Shown: piece after piece, positions 22,678-34,168 of the stretch
Layout: every line of letters begins with the position of its first letter
Numbering within the stretch: position 1 is the first letter of the stretch
Assembly: GCA_965644495.1 (NCBI GenBank)
Contig: CBFFSA010000020.1
Coordinates: 62,001-126,000 of the forward strand
DNA from: Perkinsela sp. CCAP 1560/9
Taxonomy: Eukaryota; Protista; Euglenozoa: Kinetoplastea
Direction: 5' to 3'
Length of the DNA: 64,000 bases
Notes under the pieces: generated by a model
What the model was told of the DNA's origin: nothing
The model's input: only the letters and a program-made list of their open reading frames with translations
Databases searched by the model: none
Position numbers and translations under genes: made by a program

Positions 22678-23643
22678 ATGGACGATTTGCCCCCCAAGGA
22701 TAGTGAGGTAGAGGCGTGTTCCTACGGACATGCAGACTCGGAAAACTTTGATCGATTAAGAAATTGGGTGCAACACACCTTAAAGAAGGTACTCCACATT
22801 CCTTTGAAAAGAGCGGAGAGAGGTTTGGAGTATCTCAAGATGACTCAGGAGGAACGAAACAGTGCCCAATTTGCCCCTGACAGACTTCCCCCTCAAGAAA
22901 TCATGGATCGTCTCGAGGACGATATTATTTCGAGGGCCGTGACATGGTTAAACAACCGTCATCATCAGCTCACCGCTTCTTCAGTTCCCAGTATTCACAA
23001 CACTTTGTGTGGTGTTACACTGGACGAAGAAATCCTTCTCGAGGGTATCATCCTCATTGCAAAACATCGCCAGGTAGGCTTGTTCTTTTCCGACGCCAAA
23101 TGCAACGTGCTAAATGGTGTTCGAGAGGAAGAGGTGCCAAGTTATTGGCCGTGGAAACACGGGGATCAATGGTCACTCCCCTCCATCGAGCTCCCCACAG
23201 ATGTACTCTCGCAAAACCTAGGTGCCTTCCTGGCGAAAGCCTACCCAGGGTTGTATGAGCCATCCCGCAAAGGCCAAGAGACCATTGCAGAATGGTTTCG
23301 AACTCTTTGGCGAGGGTTTCGTGGAGAGACCGTTGCGGCGTCGAAAAGACATCGAGAACAAAATCGACTTCTACGCGGCGCGGTTTCTGTAAGTCAGACC
23401 GAGGCAGCAAAGGCGCTCGCTGAAGTAGAAAAGTTGCAAGCGGTGACTAGCCGTCTTGAAGCCAAGGTTGAAAGATTAACTGAGGCTCAACTTTCTCATC
23501 GTCGCGAGACAGACGACATGAGAGCCCAGATCGCATTACTGAAACAAGCAGTAATTGCGAAATCCCGGATCGCAGAAAGCGAAGAGTCTAAAACCAAGAC
23601 GACAGGAAAGAGTAAGTTGTATGATCAGTCGGGTTTACGATAA
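22678..23643 (+). CDS. Hypothetical 321-aa protein with C-terminal coiled coil; probable accessory ORF of a two-gene Harbinger-like element
   Basis: ATG-to-stop ORF following GGGTGCGTCC subterminal-type repeats (22437-22473) and preceding a transposase fragment. Confidence 0.55.
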   Translation: MDDLPPKDSEVEACSYGHADSENFDRLRNWVQHTLKKVLHIPLKRAERGLEYLKMTQEERNSAQFAPDRLPPQEIMDRLEDDIISRAVTWLNNRHHQLTASSVPSIHNTLCGVTLDEEILLEGIILIAKHRQVGLFFSDAKCNVLNGVREEEVPSYWPWKHGDQWSLPSIELPTDVLSQNLGAFLAKAYPGLYEPSRKGQETIAEWFRTLWRGFRGETVAASKRHREQNRLLRGAVSVSQTEAAKALAEVEKLQAVTSRLEAKVERLTEAQLSHRRETDDMRAQIALLKQAVIAKSRIAESEESKTKTTGKSKLYDQSGLR

Positions 23644-23845
23644 CCCGATTGTTTCTTTATTAAATAAAGAAAATTTGGATGAAGTAGTAAGTTTGGATTT
23701 GGAAGTCTGAAGTAGTAAGAATATTGAAGCCAAAGTACAGAATATGAAACGCTAGTTACTGTCAGTAAAGCAGAAAATATTGAGCAAAAATCACTAAACT
23801 TTTGAATGACAACAGAGTTACTTTTCTCATTTTCAACTTCTCGAT

Positions 23846-24223
23846 ATGATACTTCTTCCCTGGAAAGACGTTTCACACGCTTTTACCGGGTATTGTTCTG
23901 ATGTGGTTGTAGAGCTGAGCATATCTTTAAAAAGCCCCACGCTTGACGTGTTCTGCGCTCTGTCAATGCTTCATTTGAATCTGACCCATGAACAAGCAGC
24001 GGCTGTTCTCATACCTTATGTGGGGGGCCATTATTCAGCACCCCATATATGGAAAAAATTTATTCAGCTGGCCTTGAAGCTTTCTGATGAGGCTGGCAAT
24101 CTGGCCGACACAGAGAGAAGATTTTCTATCCGAGAAAAAGCATTTTGCATGGTGTTGAGTATACTCGACGGCGTCCCCATGTACAGCCGTGGGCCCAGTG
24201 AATTATATAACGCGATTATATAA
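23846..24223 (+). pseudogene. N-terminal fragment of a Harbinger/ISL2EU-like transposase
   Basis: LNLTHEQ...RF...VLSILDGVPM parallels LNCSWEQ...RF...VTCMLDVTTI of 24938-25894; ends at a 13-bp tandem duplication. Confidence 0.5.
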
Positions 24224-24937
24224 CGCGATCCTGGAACACATTCATCGCACCATGGATAGTTTCCTTCACGGGGGCCGTTCCGTTTGTGGCATAGACATTA
24301 CGCCACAGATGCTGGAGCGCGCCATTCTTCACATCGTAGATCGCCGCGGGCATCTGCTTATGGATGTTCCGCCGTTTACTTTGTTGGAGAAGCTGCCCAG
24401 GATCTCCAAAGCTTCCTGGAACTCAGCCCGATGTATGCACCTCGACGGGACAACGAAGTAGGAGACTTCGTGGATAGTTTGTGGCGCTCTGTATCCGGGA
24501 GGCGTTCTCATGCCTGCGCGACCTACCGGGCTCGTCGCCGGCTCAAACGAGGGGCGGATGAAGCATCTCAGAAGCCAGCATCTCAGACCCCAGAAGCTTG
24601 TCCCACGGCTGCAGATCAGAGGAAGAATGTCCCCATGCCGTCCTATTATACGGCGAAAGAAATAAGAACATCAGACCGTGTAGTCTCGTTCCCGCGGCTG
24701 AACTAAAAAGGACGCGTTGAGGAAAAGTTGAAGGAGAAAGAGAGAAGATAATATTTTAAGTTCTGCTTATTATTCGTGATAGTTTTAAGTGTGTCAAAGC
24801 GGATGTTTATTGTTCACCTCAAATACCATTTTACCTAATCTACAAGTCGTGTTTTTACCCTCTAGCCCGTAACATAACATAACATATTTAGCATAACATA
24901 GTTCAATTTCATAGCTAGTACTGTCATAGAGGCATTC

Positions 24938-25894
24938 ATGTATGGCGTGACCCGAGAACAGCTTGCGCAATTTTACGCGGAACAGCAAGCGGTGCATGGA
25001 ACTAACGTAACAAGCACTGATCTAAGGAGGTTGAAGTCTTCCCTTTGCTTATGTGCACTGAATTGTTCTTGGGAACAATTGAGTGATTTGCAAGTCATAT
25101 GGACGGGGCCAGAGGATCCCCCAGTTTCCGTGCGAACCCTGCGCGAGGATTTTCATCGCATCGCGGACCTGTATCGTTCACCCTCGTTGATGAATCCTTC
25201 GCTGAGATTTCGTCATGGTGTCCCGTGGCTTAGCGACGTGACGTGTATGCTAGACGTTACCACCATCCCTTGTCGAGCAAAAAAACCTCATATGAAATTT
25301 GATCCCCGTAGTCAGACTGTTAAACGGAAGAATTCGACTTACTCTGGGAAGAACGGGGAACACTGTTTTAAAATTGAATTATGGCTCACACTGGCCGGAG
25401 TTCCTATCTTTTTTCGTGGGCCCGTAGTTGGAAGTGTGCACGATGCAAGGATTTATCAAGACACGATGACTCATGGAACATACCTCTTTGAGCATCACAA
25501 AGATGAAATCTTTCTGGCCGACCTGGGGTATGTTGGTTGTTATCATTGTTTGGTCCCATACAAAACTCCAAACAAGGGAATGCTTGAGGACGATCAATTA
25601 CGCGTCAACGAGAGGCTCGCATTAGTGCGCTCTCGTGTAGAGCGTTTCTTTGCCCATGTGGACAAGTTTCGTTTTTTCTGGGCAACAGATCATGATCTTT
25701 CCTGGATCAAAGATGCTGTTCAGATAGTATCTGTGTTGGCGTACGGACTGTTGGCTGGAGAGCCGCAGTACGACTTTGATACTGGGGTGAATGCGTCTCT
25801 CCGAAAGATTGACCATTTGAATAAATGTTGGTGCAGTGAGGGATGCGAAATTGTCGAGAAAACTGGTGTAAGTCGCGCGAGCGACCCCCGATAA
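24938..25894 (+). CDS. DDE_Tnp_4 (Harbinger/ISL2EU/IS5-like) transposase, C-terminally truncated copy
   Basis: LDVT, YSGK, GSVHDA, ADLGY, RSRVERFF; near-identical to 58433-59440 up to ~25879; homology begins ~24227. Confidence 0.88.
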   Translation: MYGVTREQLAQFYAEQQAVHGTNVTSTDLRRLKSSLCLCALNCSWEQLSDLQVIWTGPEDPPVSVRTLREDFHRIADLYRSPSLMNPSLRFRHGVPWLSDVTCMLDVTTIPCRAKKPHMKFDPRSQTVKRKNSTYSGKNGEHCFKIELWLTLAGVPIFFRGPVVGSVHDARIYQDTMTHGTYLFEHHKDEIFLADLGYVGCYHCLVPYKTPNKGMLEDDQLRVNERLALVRSRVERFFAHVDKFRFFWATDHDLSWIKDAVQIVSVLAYGLLAGEPQYDFDTGVNASLRKIDHLNKCWCSEGCEIVEKTGVSRASDPR

Positions 25895-26353
25895 ATGGGG
25901 GGAAGGTGGTAGTTGTTTTGGGGAATATGAGAGGCCGAACGCACGGAGGGGCCGGCCGGGCCAATGAACCCAGACACCATACCCAACCCCTAGCAAAGCC
26001 TAGACATTGTTTACCCGTTTGCAAGACAAGAATGTGTGTCGTTAGTGGGAAGCAATTTGCGAAGTCGAAAGTCTGTGTGATATTAGGGTAACGCGCATAA
26101 GTACATGCCCGTGTATATAAAGGACGCACATTTATGGATAAGAATCGGATGTCTTTGTCACTGAGACAAACCACAAATCTCAGATACGAAGAGAGAAAAG
26201 AAACGAAGCGGAGCTGTGGACGCGGTTATTGCAGAAGGTTATTGTTCAGAGCTATAATATCTTGGACGATTATTACGATGATCGTGTTGCCGGAAATAAC
26301 GAATTAGCCCAAAAATAGCAATTTTGGTGATATGATGCTGCCTATAAAGTCCG

Positions 26354-27370
26354 TCATTCTGATTCTTCCGACGTGTCTACTAAGAACCCGCTACGTACCT
26401 TCGGAGCAATGTTACCTCGAATGTTTTCGGCAAGCTCCTTTGGGCTGCTGTTCTGGAGAATTTCCATAGGTCGTTGGTTAATTGAATCACACGCTGAGTC
26501 CAGAGTGGCTTGAGAAATGTCAGTGAAAACAACGCGCTTCGGGTAGAAATCGCGCACCAGACCACTGAAATGTTCTACCCCGCGCTTTTCCCAACTTGCG
26601 TAGGGCTTGCAAAAGAAAGATAAACAGCCTAATGCTTAATTCACTGCCTCGTGCTTCGCAAACTCGGAGCCGTTGTCATAGGTCAAAGTACGAACCTGAT
26701 AACATCGCAGTGCTTGGATAATTTCCTGCACAACGAGATCCGACCTTTTGCAAGACAGCTTGCGAAGGATGCCAAACCGGCTTTTCCGTTCTACAAGACT
26801 GAGAAAAAAGCCGCTGTGTTTACTCCCTTCAATTAGGTCGCATTTCCAGTCTCCATACCGGGACCGACTGTTGACTGAATCGGGGCGTTCGCTAATATCC
26901 GTCCGGTTTGGTATTTTCAGACGATTCGTGCCACGACGTCGTCTGCCACGACCTCCCCCCCGCCGAAGAAACTTGACCAAGTGCCCCGCTCTGTCTTCGC
27001 GTTGGATAAATCCGTAAATTGCTACACGTGACAGTTTTACGCCATCTTCCTTATATATTCCAGGCGCAATTTGTTGAGGGCTAAATCTTTTTTCCAGAAG
27101 GGAGAGAACTTTATGTCGCATTGAACCGGAAATCTTAAGCTTCTTCCCCTTGCGTTTTGTCATGGCTTTTTCACTCGTCCCTTGCGCACGCTTTGCACTG
27201 TACTCGCCGAGACGTGCGCCTCGCTTGAGCTCCCGGCTCACAGTAGCCTGGCTTTCTCCCAGTTTTTCTGCTATTTCTTCTTGCGAGAAGCCTTGTTGAT
27301 TATAGAGCACTGCGATAGTTTCCCGGGCCTCGGTGTCTAGGCGTTTGGTTTTACGTTGGGAAACTGACAT
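26354..27370 (-). pseudogene. IS30-family transposase with one in-frame TAA (26636-26638)
   Basis: N-terminal HTH (SQEEIAEKLGESQATVSRELKR), SPQQIA, ISERP, GDWKCDL, LVERKSR, TYDNGSEF, FCKPYASWEKRGVE..GLVRDFYPK, INQRP; D-33-E spacing. Confidence 0.93.
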
Positions 27371-27400
27371 TCTGGAGGTCAAATAAAATTCTGAAGGTCA

Positions 27401-27498
27401 ATGTGCTATATGCATTATCAATGTGCTATATGCAATATCAATGTGCTATATGCATTATCAATGTGCCGCTTAGTATGCATTATCAATCTGCGGGCGCC
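27401..27498 (-). repeat. IS30-like left inverted repeat (27468-27498) plus 20-bp subterminal repeats
   Basis: GGCGCCCGCAGATTGATAATGCATACTAAGC followed by ATTGATAATGCATATAGCAC repeats; 30/31 copy at 29303-29333. Confidence 0.75.
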
Positions 27499-28275
27499 GG
27501 GGGGTCCATGGGGGGGTTCAGGGGGGGGTCCAGGGGGGTTGCTCATGGTCGAGCAAATTTTTTCGAAAAAACTATTTTTCGAAAAAAAACCGCAGAAGGG
27601 GTAGCCGGGGTCTTGGCGCGCATTTTCCACCCGCCTACCCGGGGGTGACTCCCCCGCGTATCCGCAGGACGGGTCCGCCAAGTTCAGATTTTTTCGGAAT
27701 TTTTTTTTTGAAAAAAAATTCAACTTGGTAAAAAAAATAGGAAAACGGAATTTTTTACTTGGTAAAAAATGGTAAAAAAAATATTTTATCAACATTTTTT
27801 TCGCTAATGTATTTTGAGAGTTTGGGACCTATACTAGCCCCCTACACCGTTGTTTTCGCCAGACACCCCTTCTTCTAGCCGTGGCACGCCTCCCAAAATG
27901 GTCCATTTTTACCCAAAAAGTGCGGAAAAGTGATTTTCGGACCCAAAAGGGTCGTTTTATGTCAAAAGAATGGTGTGGTTGGAGTCGCATTCTATACCCA
28001 ATACGTTCAGTAGGCTTTCATTCACGCCTCCGAGTGATTTCTCATACGCAAATATCAGATTTAGCGCTCTGAGAGCAAAAATACCCAAAAATCACCCCAT
28101 TTTTACCCTAAAATCGGCTATTTTTGGCTATAATCTTTGTTTTACTTTAGCTGTCCAGGCCGAATTTTCTTTTTTAGGCTTCTTTTTTAGGCTTCTTCTT
28201 TTTCTTTTTTAGGCTTCTTCGTTAAACGCGGTGGTAGTTTTGAACGCGAAGCGCGCAGCATGAGTGACTTCTAAG
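27499..28275 (+). repeat. Repeat X, partial copy
   Basis: Colinear with 33396-34120; terminal palindrome cut in its loop; same junction recurs inverted at ~47157-47324. Confidence 0.85.
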
Positions 28276-28389
28276 ATCCTCTAAAAAATGATCCTCTAAA
28301 ATGAGATGAATAAAAATCGCATGTTCTTATTTTTGTGCTTCGAATTTTTTTGTTCATACATTTTTTTCACTATTTAGCGCTTTTTTAAA

Positions 28390-28500
28390 TTTTCTTTTCT
28401 AGGCTCTTCGTTAAACGCGGAGGTAGTTTTCAACGCGAATCGCGCAGCATGAGTGACTTCTAAGTTGAAAACAACCACCGCGTTTAACGAAGAGCCTAGA
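28390..28500. repeat. Solo ~100-bp terminal palindrome of repeat X
   Basis: CTAGGCTCTTCGTTAAACGCGG...CCGCGTTTAACGAAGAGCCTAG. Confidence 0.85.
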
Positions 28501-28544
28501 ATTAAAGTGGCGCTGATAAATGTAAATTTTTGTTATTATCGTAT

Positions 28545-29302
28545 ATTTTCTTTTTTAGGCTCTTCGTTAAACGCGGTGGTTGTTTTCAACTTAGAAGTCA
28601 CTCATGCTGCGCGCTTCGCGTTGAAAACTACCGCCGCGTTTAACGAAGAGCCAAAAAAAGAAAATTTAGCCTGGAAAACGGAACGATTATAGCCAAAAAT
28701 AGCCGAATTTCGGGTAAAAATGGGGTGATTTTCGCGTATTTTTGCTCTCAGAGCACTAAATCCGACATTTGCGCGTGGGAAATCACTCGTAGGCATGAAT
28801 GGAAGCCTACCGAACGTATTGTGTAGAGAATGCGACTCCAACCATACCATTCTTTCGACACAAAAATGCCCCTTTAGGTCCGAAACATACTTTTTCACCT
28901 TTTTTAGTCAAAAATGGGTCATTTTGGGGGGCGTACCACGGTTCGAAGAAGTGATACCTTGCGAAAACAACTGCTGAGAAAGCTAGTGTAGGTCCCAAAC
29001 TATCAAAATACAATAGGGGAAACGATTTTGGAAAAATATTTTTTTTGTCATTTTTTTCGCCAAGTTGAAATTTTTTTCAAAAACATTTTTCCGAAAAAAT
29101 CCGAACTTGGCGGACCCGTCCTGCGGAAACGCGGGGGGGTCACCCCCGGGTAGGGGGGTGGAAAATGCGCGCCAAGACCCCGGCTACCCTTTCTGCGGTT
29201 TTTTTTCGAAAACTAATTTTTTCGAAAAAATTTGCTCGACCATGACCCCCCCCCTGGACCCCCCCCTGGACCCCCCCTGGACCCCCCCCCCCTGGACCCC
29301 CC
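28545..29302 (-). repeat. Repeat X, partial copy, inverted relative to 27499-28275
   Basis: Palindrome at 28556-28652, body, (CTGGACCCCCC)n, then IS30-like IR at 29303. Confidence 0.85.
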
Positions 29303-29649
29303 GGCGACCGCAGATTGATAATGCATACTAAGCTTCCAAGTTGGACTACAATGCTGTTGAACCAACAGCATGTGAAAAGCATGTGGTGAAAGCATCCTGC
29401 GAAACTGTTCAAAATTCCCATCTTCAAGTAAAATAGCTTGGTTTGACAGGGGAGGAGGATCCGTGAGTCTGCCGACCATCTTGTAAGAGTGCGAGAACTC
29501 ATTTTGGTTTAAGTGGCGGTGGTTTCATCATCAATGCTCGCGTCTTGTCTAAAGACGTCACCCCTGAAAGAAGAACATCGAAAAGAAAAAGAAAAATCTA
29601 CTAGTTAGTAAAAGAAAAATCAACCTAGTTTTTTTTAATTTTTTTTGTC

Positions 29650-30728
29650 AAAGGCAGAGTGCGGTTTTTACAGAGATGCAAGCAGTAGACTTCAAGTATA
29701 GATCGCAGACTTCCTTTATTTGGCTCACGGTATTTGGCCTGTGTTTCTTGCAGAGCTTAATAATACTCCAGAGATCCTCGATCGGGTTTAGATCCGGGGA
29801 GTCTGCTGGTCATCTTGGGAGTGTATGAGCACTCTTCACAGCTATGCAAAGCCGCAGAGCCTCAAACTGAGGATGAAATTTCCACCAGGTGATTGTTATG
29901 GCCTTGTGCCCAGGCGCGTTATCATCCATAGAGATTTTGTCTCCGATCTTTTCCCATGGAAGATACGTCTTCTGCAAATGTGCAACTGCGATAATATAAT
30001 TTTCGAGCCCTTTGTTTGGAGGAATGTTTGGAGGAGTGTGTTCGTTGCATTTTTTTGAATTCACACCAGTGATGAAGGAAATTGCCATCGACATCAATAG
30101 CGCCCCATAACATTATTTGAGGTGGGTGGTCCGTGGGGACTTTCGATACTAGGGAATCCGAGTTTTGCCAGGCCTTTTTGGATGAGTCCCCAACCTTTAT
30201 CATAACTTAGCCAGAAAATAGTAAGCGATAAATTTTTTTTGGCCTCGATTGTCCTGTTCTTGTAGCATTGCTTGTGCAAAGCGAACCCTGGCTTCCATCT
30301 TCGATACACTCAGATAAAGAGTACTAACTTTGGGTCCATATTGCTACTTATGGTGCGATAAAAATTGGCGTACCTATTGCGAGAAGGGATGATCTTGAAG
30401 CTTGTGAGCTTCACGTACGCACATGGAATATCTGTAATCGTACGATACGAGCCCTACATAAAAATCGCTTACGGCAAACGATCAGTAGCCGCGTCGTAAT
30501 GTTCCCATTTAATAATGGAACTGTTATCATCCTGCTCCTCTCCGATAGAAACCTTGACAGGAAAATTCCAGAGTGGACAAGGACTGGTAGAGAGCTGGTA
30601 TCTCGAGGTTTTCTTTGAAAATACTGTTCTAGAAATTCTTTACCTTCCATTGTTACTGCTTTAAAGGGCTGAAACCACCTGAGTTTAGTTGGGCTCTCCG
30701 GGGTTTGCCCAAGTTTGCGTTTTTTCAA
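29650..30728 (-). pseudogene. Degenerate Tc1-like transposase
   Basis: IMLWGAID, DDNAPGH and PADSPDLNPIEDLW in broken frames. Confidence 0.75.
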
Positions 30729-31222
30729 TATTGCATTGGACTACTCAACTTCTTAAAGCACAGCATACAATTTTTTTTTTCTCACAATACAATGTAACAT
30801 ATAATGTATCTTTTTGGATTTCACCTTTATCCTCAGTACAATGCTCAATTATGCTCTTCCGCCTGCCGAAGATGGGTTCATCTAAAACGACTTCTCCTCT
30901 CCGGATTCTGGAAATACGGCTCCTGAGAAAGTGAGTGGTATTTATACTGCCATTTATAGACTGACCCGCCCCGTTTAAGCGCACCGGGACAGCCCCCCGT
31001 TTAAGCGCACATTTTGGAAACGAGTTTTTCCCGTTTATTCCTGTCAAAGCGCAGACATCAAACGCTTTCTTGAAAACTCCTATGAAGGAGTATTGAAAGG
31101 AAAGGTATTGATTTTGCACAAATCAATGTGTTGACTGTATTCTACATGCCATAACATACATAACAACAAACAGCGATTGATTTGAAAGGCTTAAAGTTTT
31201 ACTTTTTGCATACGTTTTGTAT

Positions 31223-31906
31223 ATGGACGACACAGCTCCGAATTTATCATATCCACGCGCAGCCAAAGTTAGAGGGAACTTGCCACAGGAATTCAAGCTA
31301 GCGCAACTTGTCAAGGATATTGAGAATCCGTTTCTCTCCTGGAATACATCTACCTCTGCATGCAAATGGAAAGGCATTGTGTGTGCCGATGGTACACATA
31401 TCAGCGAAATATATTGGAGCGCGACCAAATCATTGCCACCGCACCTAAGATTGAAGTCTCCTTCAGGAAACGTTTTTTCCGGTAGGCTTCATTTGCAACA
31501 TTTACCGCAATCCTTGGAAAAGCTTTATGTTGCAGGAAATCGACTAAATGGAATCATGGACTTAACTCGACTTCCTCAGGGCTTAACATTTCTTTCTTTG
31601 TGTAAGAACTTTTTTTCGGGCAACGTAGTCCTTGATTGCTTACCACAGACCTTGGCACATATCAACATCGGACATAATCAGCTGACCGGGTGTCTTGATT
31701 TTCGTCACCTACCAGTAACACTGAGAGCGTTATTCTGCTACGACAATAACTTTGATACTCTAGTTCCGGTTCAAAATCTTCCCTCGGAATTAAAGTATCT
31801 CCATCTTCAAAATAATCCTGAGTTGAAAGGTGTTCTTGAAAAGTCTACTTTTCCTGCGATCCTGACAAGTGTTGACGTCACCGGCACAAGGCTCACACTC
31901 CGGTAG
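31223..31906 (+). CDS. Leucine-rich repeat protein
   Basis: KVRGxLPQE..SW..ACKWKGIVC cap; ~23-aa LPxxLxxLxLxxNxLxG repeats. Confidence 0.9.
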   Translation: MDDTAPNLSYPRAAKVRGNLPQEFKLAQLVKDIENPFLSWNTSTSACKWKGIVCADGTHISEIYWSATKSLPPHLRLKSPSGNVFSGRLHLQHLPQSLEKLYVAGNRLNGIMDLTRLPQGLTFLSLCKNFFSGNVVLDCLPQTLAHINIGHNQLTGCLDFRHLPVTLRALFCYDNNFDTLVPVQNLPSELKYLHLQNNPELKGVLEKSTFPAILTSVDVTGTRLTLR

Positions 31907-33050
31907 ATGTGCTGGACTGGATATTTTTTATTCCCTTTAATAAAATTTAATATAAAAGAAACTTAGAAAGCATAAAAAATACAAATCTTCCCCTTTGTAA
32001 TGTGTAGTAAGGTATAAACATATCTATTAGAAAGTGTACATAGTGTTAGCAAAGTATGCACATAGAGGATACTCACTTATTAAGAGAGGGGGGCACGAAT
32101 GTGGCAAGTATTCTGTCATATTCAGCCGATCACAAAAGATTTGTCCCTTGGTAGGGTAGTGTTAATGTTGTAGCAAACTCACGCTACGAAGAGGAGCGCG
32201 TTTTTTGAAAAACAATCTTGTTCGTTTGACGTTTAACTTGCCTATATACTGCATACGTGGCGTATAAATTTATACTTGCGCTTAGACGCATGCTGATGTA
32301 TACCACCTGACATTCTCGACGAAAAGTCCGGACATTCTTGAAAAATAATGACTAAAAACAGGCAATATCAGAAGAGTTACGGGCGTGTTCATTGAAGGGA
32401 TGTAAAAGAGTAAAAGGAATTTCTTTTGAGCACGAAGACTAAATCTTTGTGTTGCGTACAAAGAATAAATAGGACAATAAAAAGATAGCGCTCGTTGGAT
32501 GCCAAGAAGAAAAAATTTAATCAAAGGAAGAATATTTTGCCCTGTTCACTGTTAAACACATCACAGTAAACTTAAAAATCCGGACAATATCAGTATGAGT
32601 TAGAGTTCATCTGTGCTCTCGTCCCCCACAGAGAGGATCGGACCCACTTTCTTCGGCTGACTTCCAGCCGTCTTCCAGCGCGTCCCAGCACTTTCCTTGA
32701 AAATAAGGCCGATTTTCGGTCCCCACCTATTCCGTTCGTTGACCCCTTCTTTCTCTCCGTCGTGATCCTTTTCTATCTTTATATCTTTCAGAGAATTGAG
32801 ATGCGATTCTGTCAACTTTGAGCTCTGACTTAAGTCCACAATTATATTTGTCAAAAACTGAACTTTTAACTTCGACGAAACGCGAACATTTTGCCTCACA
32901 TCTGAGCATGAGTCTCTAATGGGTCACCCTTGTAGAATGTCTACGAATCCTAGACAGCCATCGAGGATTCATCTTAGGGGGCGTTACTTTGATTCCACGG
33001 GATTCATTAGGTTAAAGGACAAAGACAGTATATGAATCAAAGAAAAATTA

Positions 33051-33220
33051 CTGTACACTCCGTTTATATAGCCTCGACCCCTCCCCCCTTTATAGGTTCT
33101 TTTTTTTAGCAAACTGAGGAAGATTTGTCTTTCTGTAACACTTTCTGTGCCAACTTTCAATCGCCCTCCCCCTTTATAGGTTCATTTAGGCAAAAGCGAG
33201 GCTATTATAACAAGGTACAG
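33051..33220. mobile_element. MITE, TA-flanked
   Basis: TA|CTGTAC...TATAGCCTCG and CGAGGCTAT...GTACAG|TA imperfect TIRs. Confidence 0.6.
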
Positions 33221-33236
33221 TAAGTATTACAGTAAG

Positions 33237-34168
33237 TTGCGGTGGTTGTAAAACTACCGCTCTACACTCGATTATTGAAAAAAAAGTGAACAAAAACAGT
33301 GAAAATATAAAGAGGAACACAGTAATATAATAGAAGAAAAAAATATAAAAGGGGGCTCCGGTGGTCCAAAACTGAAATTTTTTTTAACAAAAATGGGGGG
33401 TCCATGGGAGGGGGTCCAGGGGGGGGGTCCAGGGGGGGGGTCCAGGGGGGGGGTCCAGGGGGGGGGCATGGTCGAGCAAATTTTTTCGAAAAAATTAGTT
33501 TTCGAAAAAAAACCGCAGAAAGGGTAGCCGGGGTCTTGGCGCGCATTTTCCACCCCCCTACCCGGGGGTGACCCCCCCGCGTATCCGCAGGACGGGTCCG
33601 CCAAGTTCGGATTTTTTCGGAAAAAATTTTTTGAAAAAAATTTCAACTTGGCGAAAAAAATGACAAAAAAAATATTTTTCCAAAATCGCTTCGCCTATTG
33701 TATTTTGATAGTTTGGGACCTACACTAGCTTTCTACGCAGTTGTTTTCGCAAGGTATCACTTCTTCGAACTGTGGTGCGCCCCCCAAAATGACCCATTTT
33801 TGACTAAAAAAGGTGAAAAAGTATTTTTCGGACCTAAAGGGGCATTTTTGTGTCGAAAGAATGGTATGGTTGGAGTCGTATTCTCTACCCAATACGTTCG
33901 GTAGGCTTTCATTCATGCTTGCGAGTGATTTCCCACGCGCAAATGTCGGATTTAGTGCTCTGAGAGCAAAAATATGCGAAAATGACCCCATTTGTACCCG
34001 AAATTCGGCTATTTTTGGCTATAATCTTTCCGTTTTCCGGGCTAAATTTTCTTTTTTAGGCTCTTCGTTAAACGCGGCGGTAGTTTTCAACGCGAAGCGC
34101 GCAGCATCAGTGCCTTCTAAGTTGAAAGCAACCACCGCGTTTAACGAAGAGCCTAAAAAAGAAAATTT
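33237..34168 (+). mobile_element. Repeat X, complete ~930-bp non-coding element with hairpin ends (Helitron2/HINE-like)
   Basis: Starts TT-GCGGTGGTTGTAAAACTACCGC hairpin; internal (GGGGGGTCCA)n; ends in ~100-bp palindrome containing CAACCACCGC; many copies in the window. Confidence 0.7.

Noticed and set aside
25880-25900. GCGACCCCCGAT as the right IR of the IS30-like element
   Set aside because: Only 10/12 match to the IR start and no further similarity; right end remains unidentified
27401-27487. 20-bp repeats, and the larger arrays, as CRISPR
   Set aside because: No unique spacers and no cas genes; these are subterminal or tandem repeats
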